Assembly (NCBI RefSeq): GCF_009914755.1
Contig: NC_060929.1
Source of the DNA: the human T2T-CHM13v2.0 reference genome, Homo sapiens
Reading direction: 5' to 3' (one strand)
Length of the DNA: 64,000 bases
Part shown: positions 1 to 13,809 of the stretch, piece by piece
Layout of the letters: every line of letters starts with the position of its first letter
How positions within the stretch are numbered: the stretch's first letter is position 1
Position numbers and translations under genes: made by a program
Notes under the pieces: model-generated
Databases searched by the model: none
The model's input: only the letters and a program-made list of their open reading frames with translations
Told to the model about the DNA's origin: nothing

Positions 1-295
1 CTACTGGGAGTGGATAATGGTTGATATTTAGGTGACTAAATAGTCCCTGTAACCCAAAGTCTGGCTCTTCCCCAGGGAAATTTAAGTATACACACAATCG
101 CCATGTCTTCATAACATTGTAACATTTTGTAAGCTATCAAAAATCAGATTGGATTTTTGCTAATAAGAGCAAGTTGTATTTTGTGTGAAACTTGAGCCAT
201 TAAAATGACATTTGCAGGTTTAATATAATCATAGCTAACATCTCTCAAGCACTTTTTATGTATCAGTGGGCAGTGTGATTTAGTGATTTACATAT

Positions 296-590
296 ACTGT
301 CAGCCCTTTCTATTCATGGGTTCTGCATCAGTGGACTCTACCAACCATGGGTCGAAAAAATACAATAAAAAGATACAGTATAACAACTATGTACATAGCA
401 TTCACATTGTATTAGGTATTACAAGTAATCTAGAGATGATTTACGGCATACAGGGGGGCATGCATAGATTTTATGCAGATACTATGTCATTTTCTATACG
501 GGACTTGAGCATCTTGGGCTTCGTTAGCTGCCAGGACAGAGAGGTGGAGGGTCTTGGAATCAGTCCCCCACAGATACTGAGGGATAACTA
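296..590 (-). mobile_element. MER2 (Tigger-derived) DNA transposon
   Basis: Similar to the reverse of the recalled MER2 consensus (tagagatgatt..., gggacttgagcatc, gatactgaggga). Confidence 0.75.
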
Positions 591-1237
591 GTTTGTAATA
601 CTTATTACAACCTGTAGTGTAGACTTTATACTTACATATTAGAAAGATGAGGCTTAGAGGGACGGATTTGTGCAAGGCCACACAAGTAGTATATGGCAAG
701 AGAGAAAGAGAACCTGATACTAGAAGGTGGATGGTCTAAGTTTTGGCATCCAAACTAACAAATAACTTAGTTTCTTTAGGTTTGTATCCTTTCCTGTAAA
801 ATAAGAAGGTAAAGTCAGTGTTTTAAAAATTTTTAGCTGTGGAACTCTTTTATAGAAATAGAATCTTCCAGATAAGTATTATATAACATACGGGATTTTA
901 ATTTGAGTAGTGACAGTTGTTTACTTATATTAATAAAGAATTTTCTTCTTAACTTCATTTTCTCTTTATCATTGTTTTATGGTAGAAAAGGTGTATTTCA
1001 TTATTTCTCCAGGAATATACTGGGAGAAATAACTTGTAAAATAAAATTGCATTGTTTTTATCTTTTAGGTGGGAAGAATTATTTTAAATGTCTGAATGTT
1101 TTAAGTATGTCATATACAAATATATAACCAAAGCTCACATTTTCTGAAAAAAAAGGGGAAAATAAGTCATTATTTTTGGCTTTGTATCTTAGAGTAATTG
1201 CTTTTGAAATGTAGTGCAATTCTAGAAATCTGGGGTA

Positions 1238-1265
1238 ATATATATATATATATTTTTTTTTTTTT
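1238..1265 (+). repeat. (TA)n(T)n microsatellite forming the exon 14 polypyrimidine tract
   Basis: Direct reading. Confidence 0.9.
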
Positions 1266-1267
1266 AG

Positions 1268-1425
1268 GTCAGCAGCCTTGTTTTACATATTGAAGAAGCC
1301 CATAAACTCCCAGTAAAACATTTTACTAATCCATATTGTAACATCTACCTGAATAGTGTCCAAGTAGCAAAAACTCATGCAAGGGAAGGGCAAAACCCAG
1401 TATGGTCAGAAGAGTTTGTCTTTGA
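1268..1425 (+). CDS. RASA1: RASA1 coding exon (human exon 14), start of C2 domain: VSSLVLHIEEAHKLPVKHFTNPYCNIYLNSVQVAKTHAREGQNPVWSEEFVFD
   Basis: tttttag acceptor, gtaagt donor, 158 nt; peptide recognised as p120 RasGAP. Upstream exons lie outside the window. Confidence 0.97.
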
Positions 1426-1944
1426 GTAAGTCTTATTTTATCATTACATTAATCATTTTCTTTTACCATATTGCATTTCTTTCTGTTTTTTTGGTCTCTG
1501 TATCTAAACCATCAGAACAAGGTACCATATCCAGGTGTTCTAATAGCATATATATATATATATATATTTTTTTTTTTTTTCTGTTGTTTGTTCACCTTTA
1601 TTTGTGAAGTGCTATGCCCTTGGTTTTTCCACTTAGTTATTAACATGAATTAGCAAGTCAAAAAACATTTACTAACCCACAAATACAAAACATTTACTAG
1701 GGTTTCCAGTACTTATTTGAATGAATTATTAGTTTAGGAGGTTAAAGATGGTAGGAAAAGTGTGTAATCTGCGTGTCTTCTGTATACCAAATAATAAAAT
1801 ATGTTGTGAATCTGGTTTTAGGTCTAGCACACTGTTTTTTTTTTTAAAGCAGAAATAGGGGGTTTATTTGATACTAGAACTAAAGAAATAAGGTAGTTTG
1901 ATGCCAAAACATTTTGTTAATTCTTTTTCTCCTTGCTCCTTTAG

Positions 1945-2021
1945 TGATCTTCCTCCTGACATCAATAGATTTGAAATAACTCTTAGTAATAAAACAAAGA
2001 AAAGCAAAGATCCTGATATCT
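1945..2021 (+). CDS. RASA1: RASA1 exon 15 (DLPPDINRFEITLSNKTKKSKDPDI)
   Basis: ctttag / gtaagt, 77 nt, phase matches neighbouring exons. Confidence 0.97.
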
Positions 2022-2356
2022 GTAAGTTGATACAGAAACTTTCTAAAATAGAAAAAGCATGTTTTATATACTTTCAAAATTCACAATGAAAGTCTTAAAA
2101 TAGAAATTAAAAAAACAGAAATGCAAGTAGTATAATTTGAGATAGTTTCTTTCTGTACTTCTTAAAGTATTGATTATCAAGAAAGAATATACCTAAGATA
2201 GAAAAAGACCAATATGGTTCAACTGTACACACTGTTAAGCAATTAAGATTAAAATATCTAGCCACCCTCCTTTCTCCAATGAATAGGAAGAATAAGGAAA
2301 TGATTACAGTGGTCTTTTTGTAGGGCTTGCCCTCATCCCTTCTTTCTACTTTTTAG

Positions 2357-2642
<286 letters not shown>

Positions 2643-2662
2643 TTACCATATAAGTAAAAAAG

Positions 2663-2734
2663 TATTCTATTTAAAAATTTCCCTTAAACTTGAATGTCAT
2701 TTATTCTATTTAAAAATTTCCCTTAAACTTGAAT
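2663..2734. repeat. Tandem duplication, 33-bp identical unit, period 39
   Basis: tattctatttaaaaatttcccttaaacttgaat at 2663 and 2702. Confidence 0.92.
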
Positions 2735-3497
2735 ATGTCACTTATTCACTTCTGGTAGTCAAAGGCTCCCAGTTCCTGTCCTCAGCAGCACAGCTCCTTC
2801 CATCCTGCTGCTAAAACAGTTGACAGTGAGATTTACCAGTTCACATCAGGGTGAATTAGGTTAATACCTTCTTAAAACTCAGGCTTAGGGAAGGAAGTGA
2901 TATGTATTAACAGATCAAAGCCTGAATATTTCTCTATAAAATGTTTATTCTGTAGTTTTTTGTAGTAATTTTAGTTTTCCATTACTTTTACGATAAAATC
3001 CAAACCCCATAGTAATGACACAGAACGAAGGCCATACCTTATATTTGAAGTGCTCTTTTTTCTTTTTTCACTACTTTTCTTCTTAGCTACACCTCTAGAT
3101 CTCGTCCGCTCAAGGGTTACCTGTTTAAAGTGGAGTTTTCACCTCCACAGGCTGAATTAGATATTATTTCTCTGTACTCGAATAGCATTCACCACTGTTA
3201 ACAGCACTTACCAGTGCTGAAACATAATTGATTTCTTGCCTTCTTGACTAAACTGACCTCTATGCAACTCAAAGAACACATCTCAATCATCTCTGTACTC
3301 TCTACCTATCAGAGTTTAGTGCACCGTAGACACTCAGTAAATAAACAACTAAATATTGAATTTGTGATGTTACTGAAAACTCCTTTAATGAAAAGCATTT
3401 AACACCATAGGGAAGACTGAACACCAGGAAAATTTACTTGCATGACTAATTATCGTGTTCTCTTTTTAAACAATAATTGCTTGTTTTTCTTCCCAAG

Positions 3498-3670
3498 TAT
3501 TTATGCGCTGCCAGTTGAGCCGATTACAGAAAGGGCATGCCACAGATGAATGGTTTCTGCTCAGCTCCCATATACCATTAAAAGGTATTGAACCAGGGTC
3601 CCTGCGTGTTCGAGCACGATACTCTATGGAAAAAATCATGCCAGAAGAAGAGTACAGTGAATTTAAAGAG
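3498..3670 (+). CDS. RASA1: RASA1 exon 16 (FMRCQLSRLQKGHATDEWFLLSSH...EEYSEFKE)
   Basis: cccaag / gtatta, 173 nt; ORF track 3503..3730. Confidence 0.97.
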
Positions 3671-3985
3671 GTATTAAATTATTTATCAGTCTTGTTTTTG
3701 TTGGAATTAACAGAAACATTTAACATTTAATAAAAGATCCATTAAGGTAAACATAGTAATTCATAGCTTAGTAGCACAATGATGCCAGAGATTTTAAACC
3801 TTGTTTTATACTGTAATTTTGGTAGAAATAAGTAGACTACGAATTCATTCTATTTTAAATAAATTTATTCAATGGGACATCATTTTAAATATAAGAACTT
3901 GTGAAAGAACATATTTCTTGTTAGTCTCATGGAGCATGCTTATAATGCTACGTACTTTAAACAATCTTTTAAAATGTCATTTTAG

Positions 3986-4145
3986 CTTATACTGCAAAAG
4001 GAACTTCATGTAGTCTATGCTTTATCACATGTATGTGGACAAGACCGAACACTACTGGCCAGCATCCTACTGAGGATTTTTCTTCACGAAAAGCTTGAAT
4101 CGTTGTTGTTATGCACACTAAATGACAGAGAAATAAGCATGGAAG
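3986..4145 (+). CDS. RASA1: RASA1 exon 17 (LILQKELHVVYALSHVCGQDRTLLASILL...REISME)
   Basis: ttttag / gtatgg, 160 nt, open frame. Confidence 0.97.
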
Positions 4146-4361
4146 GTATGGTATGGCCATGTTAGTGTGATACAAGAAACTGGGTTTAGATTTTATATCA
4201 AGGATATATGGACTCTATCTCTGAATATACTAAATTGTTAAATTATATTGCAAAATAAGTTATTCTGTTTTCCCTCCTTAAAAATTGCAGTTGGATGTCA
4301 GTTCTGATTATGTTGGTTACTATGGGAAGCTGATATTTCTAATGTAGGTTTTGGCAGATAA

Positions 4362-4721
<360 letters not shown>

Positions 4722-5500
4722 TCTTGTTTAATTTTTACTTCTTCATTACACAGAAGCTGGGTGTCAGCTGCATTTTATTTCTAACTTTTATAGATAGGTA
4801 GTTCCCAAGCTGCTGGACACAGTGCTTTTAATGGCTTACAAAATAATCCACCCTCCCCCTGGCCCACACACACCACCAAGCACTTTGATTCATTAACAGT
4901 TCTTGCTTCTAGGTTCCCCAAATAAATAGTAAAGTTTAGAACTATTTTCCTCCTCATCACAAAATATAGATTTGTCAAGGAATAGATAAAATGGTGGTCC
5001 TTATTTTACACTTGAGTTTATCTTTTCTGACAGCATTTGTATTTCATTAAAATTTTACTGAAACTCAGTAGACATATTTTAAGCTAATAAATTAATCTAT
5101 ACTGGGATTTTGTGTTATATCCTTAATTGTAAATAAACCCTAAAATTTCAAAGCATGGGGTCAATGGGCAGCAAAGCTGATTTATGGTCCTAATTTTATC
5201 ATTAGCTGTCTAATTGATCTTAAGTCATATAACAATTCTGAGTCTTCATTTTTCCATATGAACATGGCAGTGTTAATCCCTTCTGTTCATGATCTAATGA
5301 GGTAATACATATGAAAGTCTTACAGAGTTAAGTCTGTAGAAGTATAGGATGTCATTGTAATTAGTACTTTCAACGCTGCACGCAAAAAGCACATTTAAGT
5401 GGCTATTCCTGTTGAGGTAAAATGAATTCACTTAATTTCCAATTTGGTCACATTAGGTCAGTCCTTTACAAATAATCTTCTAATGTAAATATTTGTGTAG

Positions 5501-5643
5501 ATGAAGCCACTACCCTATTTCGAGCCACAACACTTGCAAGCACCTTGATGGAGCAGTATATGAAAGCCACTGCTACACAGTTTGTTCATCATGCTTTGAA
5601 AGACTCTATTTTAAAGATAATGGAAAGCAAGCAGTCTTGTGAG
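5501..5643 (+). CDS. RASA1: RASA1 exon 18, RasGAP arginine finger (TTLFR789ATTLAS)
   Basis: gtgtag / gtaaga, 143 nt; EATTLFRATTLASTLMEQYMK is the RasGAP finger loop. Confidence 0.98.
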
Positions 5644-6839
5644 GTAAGAATTTAATGTTTTAATAAGTATTTTTGCAAAGAACATATTTTAATAGGTAAT
5701 AATTTGTAGCCAATTACATTTTAAGGAAAATATATTAAATTTCTAAAATTATTCCTCATAGCAGTTACACCTGTCTGTAATACATTTATAAAAATGTTCT
5801 GCAAAATGGACTTCTTAAAAAAGATGTACTTTATTTTGGGATTAAAAACCATCAAGTTGCACCAGAAATTCATGAAAATACTTTGTCATTTCCTCTACTG
5901 TACTAATAATCTATATACTACTTACAGAAAGCGTGCATAAGATAAATTGAAGGTTTTGTTAGTGACTCATTATATAACCTATGTAGCACTTCATTACATC
6001 TTGGTTTGTTCTTGAAGGTTTTTTTGCGAGGGGAGAATTATGAGATAACCTCAACTAAAACAAAAAAATCTTTTTAGGATTATTAAAGTTTCAGTATAAA
6101 TTCATAATACACTATTAAGACAGTAAGTGGAATCTCACACACATATTCTCTCATTTTAATGGTAAAGCAACTACAAAGAAATAATATATATTAGATCTGA
6201 TATAAAAATCAGTTTAAGGAATTGTTTTTGACAATGGACACTGGGACCTAGCAAATGTTAATCCTGCACGAAGGTGTCGATTCATACTAATAACTTGAAG
6301 GGAAGAAATTAGTGATTTAATGTTGGAAATGTGGGGTAATGCCATAGTTGGCCTAACATAAGGATGACACAGAAGTGCAGCAGGTAGGTAGGGAGTCTCT
6401 GGACTTTAGAGATAGGCTACGGAATTCCGACTTCCATAGATAAATGTACTCTGCTGACACTAGATCAGAAGGGTTACAGGAAAAGTTCTGAGAAAGGTTT
6501 GTGATTCTGCCTAAGGCATTTGATATTTTTATTAGCCATTAAATAAGCCTCATTCAGAAAAGCTTTTAATCAGCTTTTTTTCCCCTCAAATAAATAGAAT
6601 TGACTAAGCACTGTTTGCTTTTCAGTTGGCTAATTGGGAATAAATGGTAACAGACCTACCAGGAGGAGTTCCATAGAGAAAACTACTTAAAAACTCCCAT
6701 TATACAAAGAAAAAAGATCAATACACACAGAGATACCGAAAAATAGACAACCTCGAAAACTATAACTACTTGTTTTCCTCTATTCATTTGCATTTGTCAT
6801 TGCCAACATGCATTTATATTGATTTATTCCTTCTTTTAG

Positions 6840-6955
6840 TTAAGTCCATCAAAGTTAGAAAAAAATGAAGATGTGAACACTAATTTAACACACCTATTGA
6901 ACATACTTTCAGAGCTTGTGGAGAAAATATTCATGGCTTCAGAAATACTTCCACC
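6840..6955 (+). CDS. RASA1: RASA1 exon 19 (LSPSKLEKNEDVNTNLTHLLNILSELVEKIFMASEILPP)
   Basis: ttttag / gtaagt, 116 nt. Confidence 0.97.
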
Positions 6956-7613
6956 GTAAGTGGTGAAATTTTCATTTGACAAGAAATTGTGTATCTATGT
7001 CTTCAGAAATTTCTATTTCTAAAACGTGAAAGCTTTTCTGTTGTCCTAATATTATTATACTCTGAAAAAGTCATGGTTAATCTTTATGAGATGAATTGTA
7101 TTTAAAGAAAATAGCTGTCTTAATAAAACCACCCATTATTTTCGTACAAGCCAATATGTCTGGTTTGTACTGTAGTAGCTTGGGGAGTGAATAGAGGTTT
7201 ATAGTTTCAGATTTGAGATTGTAAAAGATATCTTGTCTATCCATTTAGTCTATACTTGATAGACTAATCACTCTGTTAATATGCTTGTCGGCCTCCAGTA
7301 TTAGTGAACTCACTTGTTCAGGTAGAAGTTAACTTAAGTCTAAATCTTGCTCCCCAGAATTTGCAGCTGGTTGGTTCTCTATATCTGAAAGTAAATGTCA
7401 GGAAGTTGACTGAATAAATTGATGATAAACTTAGTGGATAAAGTTTTCCTTACCCCTTGCTAAATGCCTCATTACCTGTGGCAAAATACTTTTTTGGGTA
7501 AAAGGCCAGTTTTATTGAACTGTGGTATATTTGGGTAAATTAAGCTTTTGGCTGCTAGGAGATCAGTGTTTTCACTTGCTTTCTGTGTTGAGATGATTGT
7601 GTTATTTTGGCAG

Positions 7614-7700
7614 GACATTGAGATATATTTATGGGTGTTTACAGAAATCTGTTCAGCATAAGTGGCCTACAAATACCACCATGAGAACAAGAGTTGTTAG
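7614..7700 (+). CDS. RASA1: RASA1 exon 20 (TLRYIYGCLQKSVQHKWPTNTTMRTRVV)
   Basis: tggcag / gtaagg, 87 nt. Confidence 0.97.
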
Positions 7701-8160
7701 GTAAGGCTCATCAATTGATTTGTTAAATCACATACTAATAGGTGGATAATTGTGAAAAATTGAGGAATAACAATATACAATTCAATGCTTTTTTCTTTGG
7801 CTTTTATGTCAAAGCCCTGTTGCATATTTTCTAAGTCCAGATGGCTCCTAAACTGAAAGTTACTGTGAGATTTAGCTGCCGTTTGCATTTTCTAAAAACA
7901 TGAACATTCATTTATAGTCAAGTATTGGGGATTTTTAAACCCTTACAAGATGAGGCTAAAAGTTATATAACAAAATCTGTAGCTAACTTCATATAGTATT
8001 CTTCATACATACACACACATTGATTGGCAGTGAGAGAGAAGGGCAGTAATTGACCGATTTAGATATTAATTGGTTTGTTACAATCTGTGACTCTGAGCTA
8101 ATCAGAACCAGAACATGTAGTTCTGAAGCTGTGTTTCAGTCTGCTCATTGTACCATAATT

Positions 8161-8301
8161 AGGAAGAACTGCTTTGGCAAATCATGGAATTTGGGAGCTT
8201 ATATAAAGGGACTTCATTATCATTATTCTATAGGAAGAACTGCTTTGGCAAATCATGGAATTTGGGAGCTTACGTAAGGTTACTTCATTATCATTATTCT
8301 A
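8161..8301. repeat. Tandem duplication, period 71
   Basis: aggaagaactgctttggcaaatcatggaatttgggagctta at 8161 and 8232. Confidence 0.92.
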
Positions 8302-9067
8302 ACTTATTTTTCCAATGAAGAAGCAGATCTGTCTGGAGAGGTTAAGTTGAACTAAGGTTTTATAGAAAGCTGGTGGCTAAGGCAGAACTAAAGGTAACTT
8401 TCTAAGACCCAATCTGATATCCTTGAGTCTTATTGTAGGCTTTTGCTTTTGTTAAGCATACTCCAACTAATACCCCAACTAATTCCAGGCAAATGGAAGT
8501 TTAATGCAAAAGCGTCATGGAATACAGCAGTTTTCTAATAATATAATTTGTTATTTAGAATATACACTGTCATGTCATGCTATATGTAAAATAATTAGGC
8601 AACCATTAACACCATTATTACACAGTTTGTTTTGAAAATGTGTTAATCCTGCCTCCAACCTAAATTTTGTCAAGGGGCTTCTATTTCTTTTTTTGGGGGG
8701 CAGGTAATATTTCTCTTGGTTATGATATGACATAATATTTAAGAACTACAGATTCTGTTTTTCTTGGCATTAGTGGTGATTGGGAGGAATAGAAAAGAAT
8801 TACAAGCATAATATTCCAGCACAGTTACGTGTGAGATGTAAATTAAAACTGTTCTATAAATTTGTAAGTTTCAAACAAGTATAACTGTTAAGCAAACACA
8901 GCAGGAAATTGTAAACTGTTTCGTGCAAGAGGGTGTTTTAGGGCATTTTTGCCAAGGTTAGGTTTCAGGCTCATAGACCTACTATGTATAATTATCACAA
9001 TATTTTCAAGTAAAGTTTACAAGATTCTTTAAATTTGGGAAGACCAAAATTAAAGACTTAATTGTTA

Positions 9068-9355
9068 TTTTTTTGAGACAGGGTCTTGCTCTGTTGCCCA
9101 TGCTGGAGTGCAGTGGTGTGATTTCGGCTTACTGCAACCCCCGCCTCCCAGGTTCAAGTGAGATTCTTGTGCTTCATCCACCCAAGTAGCTGGATTACAG
9201 GCATGCACCACCATACCTGGCTATTTTTGTATTTTTAGTAGAGATGGGGTTAGACCATGTTGGCCAGGCTGGTCTTGAACTCCTGGCCTCAGGTGGTACA
9301 CCCACCTCGGCCTCCCAAAGTGTTGGATTACAGGCATGAGCCACCATGCCCAGCC
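9068..9355 (-). mobile_element. Alu
   Basis: Alu consensus similarity. Confidence 0.95.
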
Positions 9356-9491
9356 AATATATTAGAATTTCTATAAATGCTGTTTGAGAAGTAACATCTT
9401 TACTTTCTAAGAGTCCAAAAATTAGCAAACAGGTACATGTTCAAAGGTAAATGCTAAGAAATTGGGTAATCCACTCTAACAGAGAACAGAG

Positions 9492-9633
9492 ATTGTATCT
9501 ATTAATCTATAGAAGGAATTGCGTAACTCATTATTTTGGGAATAATGCTTGTCTTTACATGGATTATGTCTATCAATCTGTAGAAGGAATTGCATAATTC
9601 ATTATTTTAGGAATAATGCTTGTCTTTACATGG
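9492..9633. repeat. Diverged tandem duplication, period 71
   Basis: agaaggaattgc...aataatgcttgtctttacatgg at 9511 and 9582. Confidence 0.9.
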
Positions 9634-9906
9634 GGCAAGTAAGAGGTTAATTATTAGTGTGGATTCTTCTTAAAAGGAAATTAGAAATTATCTACATGAC
9701 AACATATCCTCCCTACCAGTGACTAAAGGAGGCAGAATAGGAGTATCTATGCAAGCTTTTAACACTGACATTGTCCCAAAGTAAAATTAGCAGATAAAAT
9801 CATATATGACAGCTGTTAGTATAATTTTTGCTTTTGCTATTGTTTTATAATTTGACAACTTTTTAAAACTTTAGAATTCCTAATGTCTTGTCTTAAAAGT
9901 TTTTCA

Positions 9907-10230
9907 GGCTGGGCATGGTGGCTCAAGCCTGTAATCTCAACATGTTTAGACCAAGACAGGAGGATTGCTTGAGGCCAGGAATTTGAAATTGTCCTGGGCA
10001 CCGTAGCGAGACTCTGCTTTCTACAAAAATAATTAAAAAAAAAAAAAAATTGCCAGGTATGGTGATGTGCACCTGTAGTCCTAACTACTCTAAGCCTGAG
10101 GCAAGAGAATTGTTTGATCCCAGGGGTTCAAGGTTGCAGTGAGCTGTGATTGTGGGCCACTGCACTCCAGCCTGGGTGACAGAACAAAACCCTATCTCAA
10201 AGAAAACAAAGAAAAAAGGAAAAAAGAAAA
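9907..10230 (+). mobile_element. Alu (J-like)
   Basis: ggctgggcatggtggctc... with A-rich tail. Confidence 0.93.
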
Positions 10231-10817
10231 CCTTTCCAGTGTTCTATTATAGACATTTTCATTGATCAATAAGTCACTTTTTCTCTAGTGCAATGGATTC
10301 TTATTTTTATGTGAATCATCAACAAAATCAATGCAACCAACTTAGGCTGTTCTGTTTAAATAAATTAAGAAATGAGGGTGTGTGAAGTTCTAAAATTGTA
10401 CAGAACTATGCTTATATAAAAAGTTTATTTCTACTCCTGTGGTATTTCAGAAATTCTTAAGATTCCTGAGGATACTACTTTCTCTAAGTATCAAATGACC
10501 ACTAGCCTGGAATAATAAATAGTAAGCAAGACAGTAAATACTACAGATAAACAACATTTTCCCAAAGTTAATCCACATTCTAAATTGGGAAAAGTGAGTA
10601 ATACATTCAAGAAGCAGATATATATATTCTTAAAATACGATGCTTTGGCTTACTGTTTTCTTAAAGCTTTCTGTGTCTGGGCTTTCTTTTATTGGTTTAG
10701 AGTGAATTTTATGGGTTCTATGAGTACTAAAAATTCTGTTTATATATATTGTTTTAATGTAACACATTATATAGGTGTTTTCTAAAAAAAAAAAAAAAAA
10801 ATTTCCCTCCCATTCAG

Positions 10818-10885
10818 TGGTTTTGTTTTTCTTCGACTCATCTGTCCTGCCATCCTGAATCCACGGATGTTCAATATCATCTCAG
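10818..10885 (+). CDS. RASA1: RASA1 exon 21, RasGAP FLR signature (GFVFLRLICPAILNPRMF)
   Basis: attcag / gtaatc, 68 nt; FLRxxxPAxxxP motif. Confidence 0.98.
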
Positions 10886-12405
10886 GTAATCAGCTTTTGA
10901 TACATTTTGAAATTCAAAATATTAGAATTAACAGTTTCATACTATTTAAGAATACTCTTAAATCTTTTTTTTTTTTTTGATCATCCAATTCTAGTCATGG
11001 CATATATGAAGTATTCCAAAGCACCCTTCCTTCCTTGTGCTTGTGCTTCTTGGGCTTTTTTCTTTTTGTTTCTTTTCTTCCATCTCATATCTGGTCTGAG
11101 ATGGCATGATTACACACATTCCACCTTTTTTCTACCCCTATTTGTGTCTCAAACCTTTATAATAAGTGACTTCTTGTAGTCTGCAGCTTGGCTTTTTCAA
11201 GTTGGGAAGAGCTTTGCTTAGCCCATTGCTAGACTGCTGCCAGCTAGATCTTCAAGATCAAATTAAATGATATGTACAGTTGGAATAGTATTCTGTGAGT
11301 ACTTATGAAGAAAGCAGTCCTGGTTCCTCCCGTTAGAGATTTTTAAAGTCACCAGTTATATAGTGTAAATTGGCCATTTTAAACTTCAGTAAACCTGATC
11401 CAGTTTTATTACCCATATATCCATTTTGAGATGACTTTCAGGTGTTAAAAGCTTCTTTCAAAGAAAGGATAACAGGGATATTTGTGACTTTGAATGTAAT
11501 AATGAACCATTATAAACAGTAGGAACTGGAACCATTTTTACCTTAATAATCTGAAGCTCAAAATTGTACTAAAAATGTTTTGGAATGTCTTAATTTTTAC
11601 TTCTATATAGCCATCACATCTCTGTAATTATCTTTTATTGCTACTAAAGTGGTTAAATCTATAAATTATTAATATTAAGGGTTTGAAATTCTTTTGGAGA
11701 GATTTATCTGGATGTTCGCCTCAGACAACACCATCTAAAACTAGGCAGTCAGGTAGATTATTTATGGGATTTTACTGTTAAATAATTAAGTTCCAGAGCT
11801 TATATTTAATAGACACCAATACTTTTCATTTACATCCTACTATCTGTGTTCCACAGGGAAGTGCTTCCTGACTTACCTTTAAAATATTTTAAAAGTTTAT
11901 TAAATTTCATGTTTTTCTCCTCAAAATAAAGCAGAGGTCCTAGACTTTATCTTGCTTCTTGAGCTTTAAGCGAATTATTTGGACTGCAAATAATGTTGGG
12001 AGCAGGGAATTGCTCAGATTGCTAACCTGAGTAGGTTGAAATTAGCTTTGTGAACTGTCATAAAAGATGTGAGGAGTGACAATCTTTTTTAGTGATAAAG
12101 GTAAAGCTTTGAGGTCCTTTGAAATAGTATCAACCGTTGGAAACTGCTGAGTTTTGTAGTACCCTTTTCGCAAGCCTAGAAGCACTGATAAGCATATTCA
12201 CTTTTTCTCTTTTAATTCAAGTTCTTTTGAATTTTATGGATCATAAATTTTTCAAAAAACATTTTTCCAAAAACATTCTGAGTTCCGAATGGAAGAATGG
12301 GTAGTAGTTTAACAGTAAAGAAATATTAAAGTGCTAAATTTATAATGGTTTAGCTGGAAGTGCTGTTGGACTTGGTGTCATTAGCTGTGCCCAATTCTGT
12401 TACAG

Positions 12406-12494
12406 ATTCTCCATCTCCTATTGCTGCAAGAACACTGATATTAGTGGCTAAATCTGTGCAGAACTTAGCAAATCTTGTGGAATTTGGAGCTAAG
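12406..12494 (+). CDS. RASA1: RASA1 exon 22 (SPSPIAARTLILVAKSVQNLANLVEFGAK)
   Basis: ttacag / gtaaaa, 89 nt; KxxQNLAN RasGAP motif. Confidence 0.98.
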
Positions 12495-13809
12495 GTAAAA
12501 ACATTTTGATACTTTAAAATGTAATTTATGAATGCAAGTTTGACATGATAAAACCATAAATTGTGGCTTAAGTAAATTTTTAGCAGTGAAATTTTTAGCG
12601 ATGAAAGATTATTTTTGTTGGTATGTTTGTTTTTAAAGTAGCTTGTTTAAATTTTACATTTTAATAGTGGAACTTTAAAAAACACAAATTTAGCCATTAT
12701 AGAAAACGAATTTTTCAAGGTCCAGTGTACTCAAATTCTCCCACTTTTAAACATAATCAATGAGTACATTTTAATACAAAAAGTCATTTAAAAATTTATT
12801 TCACAAACATTCACTGTAAATGTTAAAACTCAAGATTTTATTTTTTTAAACACCTACACTTAATTGTACTATCTAAGGATAATGACTGATATTCAGTTGG
12901 GATCATATCATGCCTCCTGCTTTTGTCACCTAATACGTGACAGACTTCTTGCCATATGTGGAAATAGATAACTCTTTCACTATTCTTAATAATGGATATT
13001 TAGATGGCTTCCATTTGTCCCTGTTATTGTTGTAACATATATTCTTGCATACATTTCCTTTCATACTTACTCAATTATTAGCTGAACTTTGGAGTAAAAT
13101 CACTAAGTAAATACGTTTTAGGCTTTTGCTATGTGTTACAAGATTTCCTGTCAGCAATTTAAGATACTTTTATTGCTCCTCACAGCCTTGCCAGAACTCA
13201 TTGGGTACTATACTTTTTTCTTTTTTGCCAATTGGATAGGCATAATATTTTGTGTTTCATTATTTTATTACTGTTAGAGAGACTTTCATGTCTTTATCTT
13301 TGGAATTGCCTATTGAGGTCCTTATCTCATTGAGTTTCTTACTGATTTTAAAAGAGTGTGTTAATCTTAACATTTTCCCTATTTATAGCATGGTTTTAAG
13401 TAGTCAGGATTTTAGTACGATGAGCAGTTAACTACGTGTATGGCCTAGGTTTTGAATTCATCTGAATCTTTGAGGCAGGTTACAAATAAGATATTTTCCT
13501 ATTGCAGTCTTTATTATATTGTATTTTAATTCCCTGTAATCTCTGCTGGATTCAAACCTATGATTTGGGGCCATGTTTGAGTGAATTTATATATAAACAA
13601 TTTGTGTCTGCCAGGCTATGTGTTACGATTTGTGCTTGGGTCCAGAATTTTCTTTCATTAAAAATACCCATACTCCTCAGTATAGCCATTTGCTTATATA
13701 CTAGAAGGAAAATACTGTCATTATATGATTTAATTAATTCTTGTGAATGTGTTGCTGCTGCTACACCTAATTTATAAGAAGTATTGCTACATGTATGGGT
13801 TTTGCTATA

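Noticed and set aside
1060-1127. Extra RASA1 exon after tcttttag|gt at ~1068
   Set aside because: No RasGAP-like peptide and no convincing donor; the downstream exon chain is complete without it.
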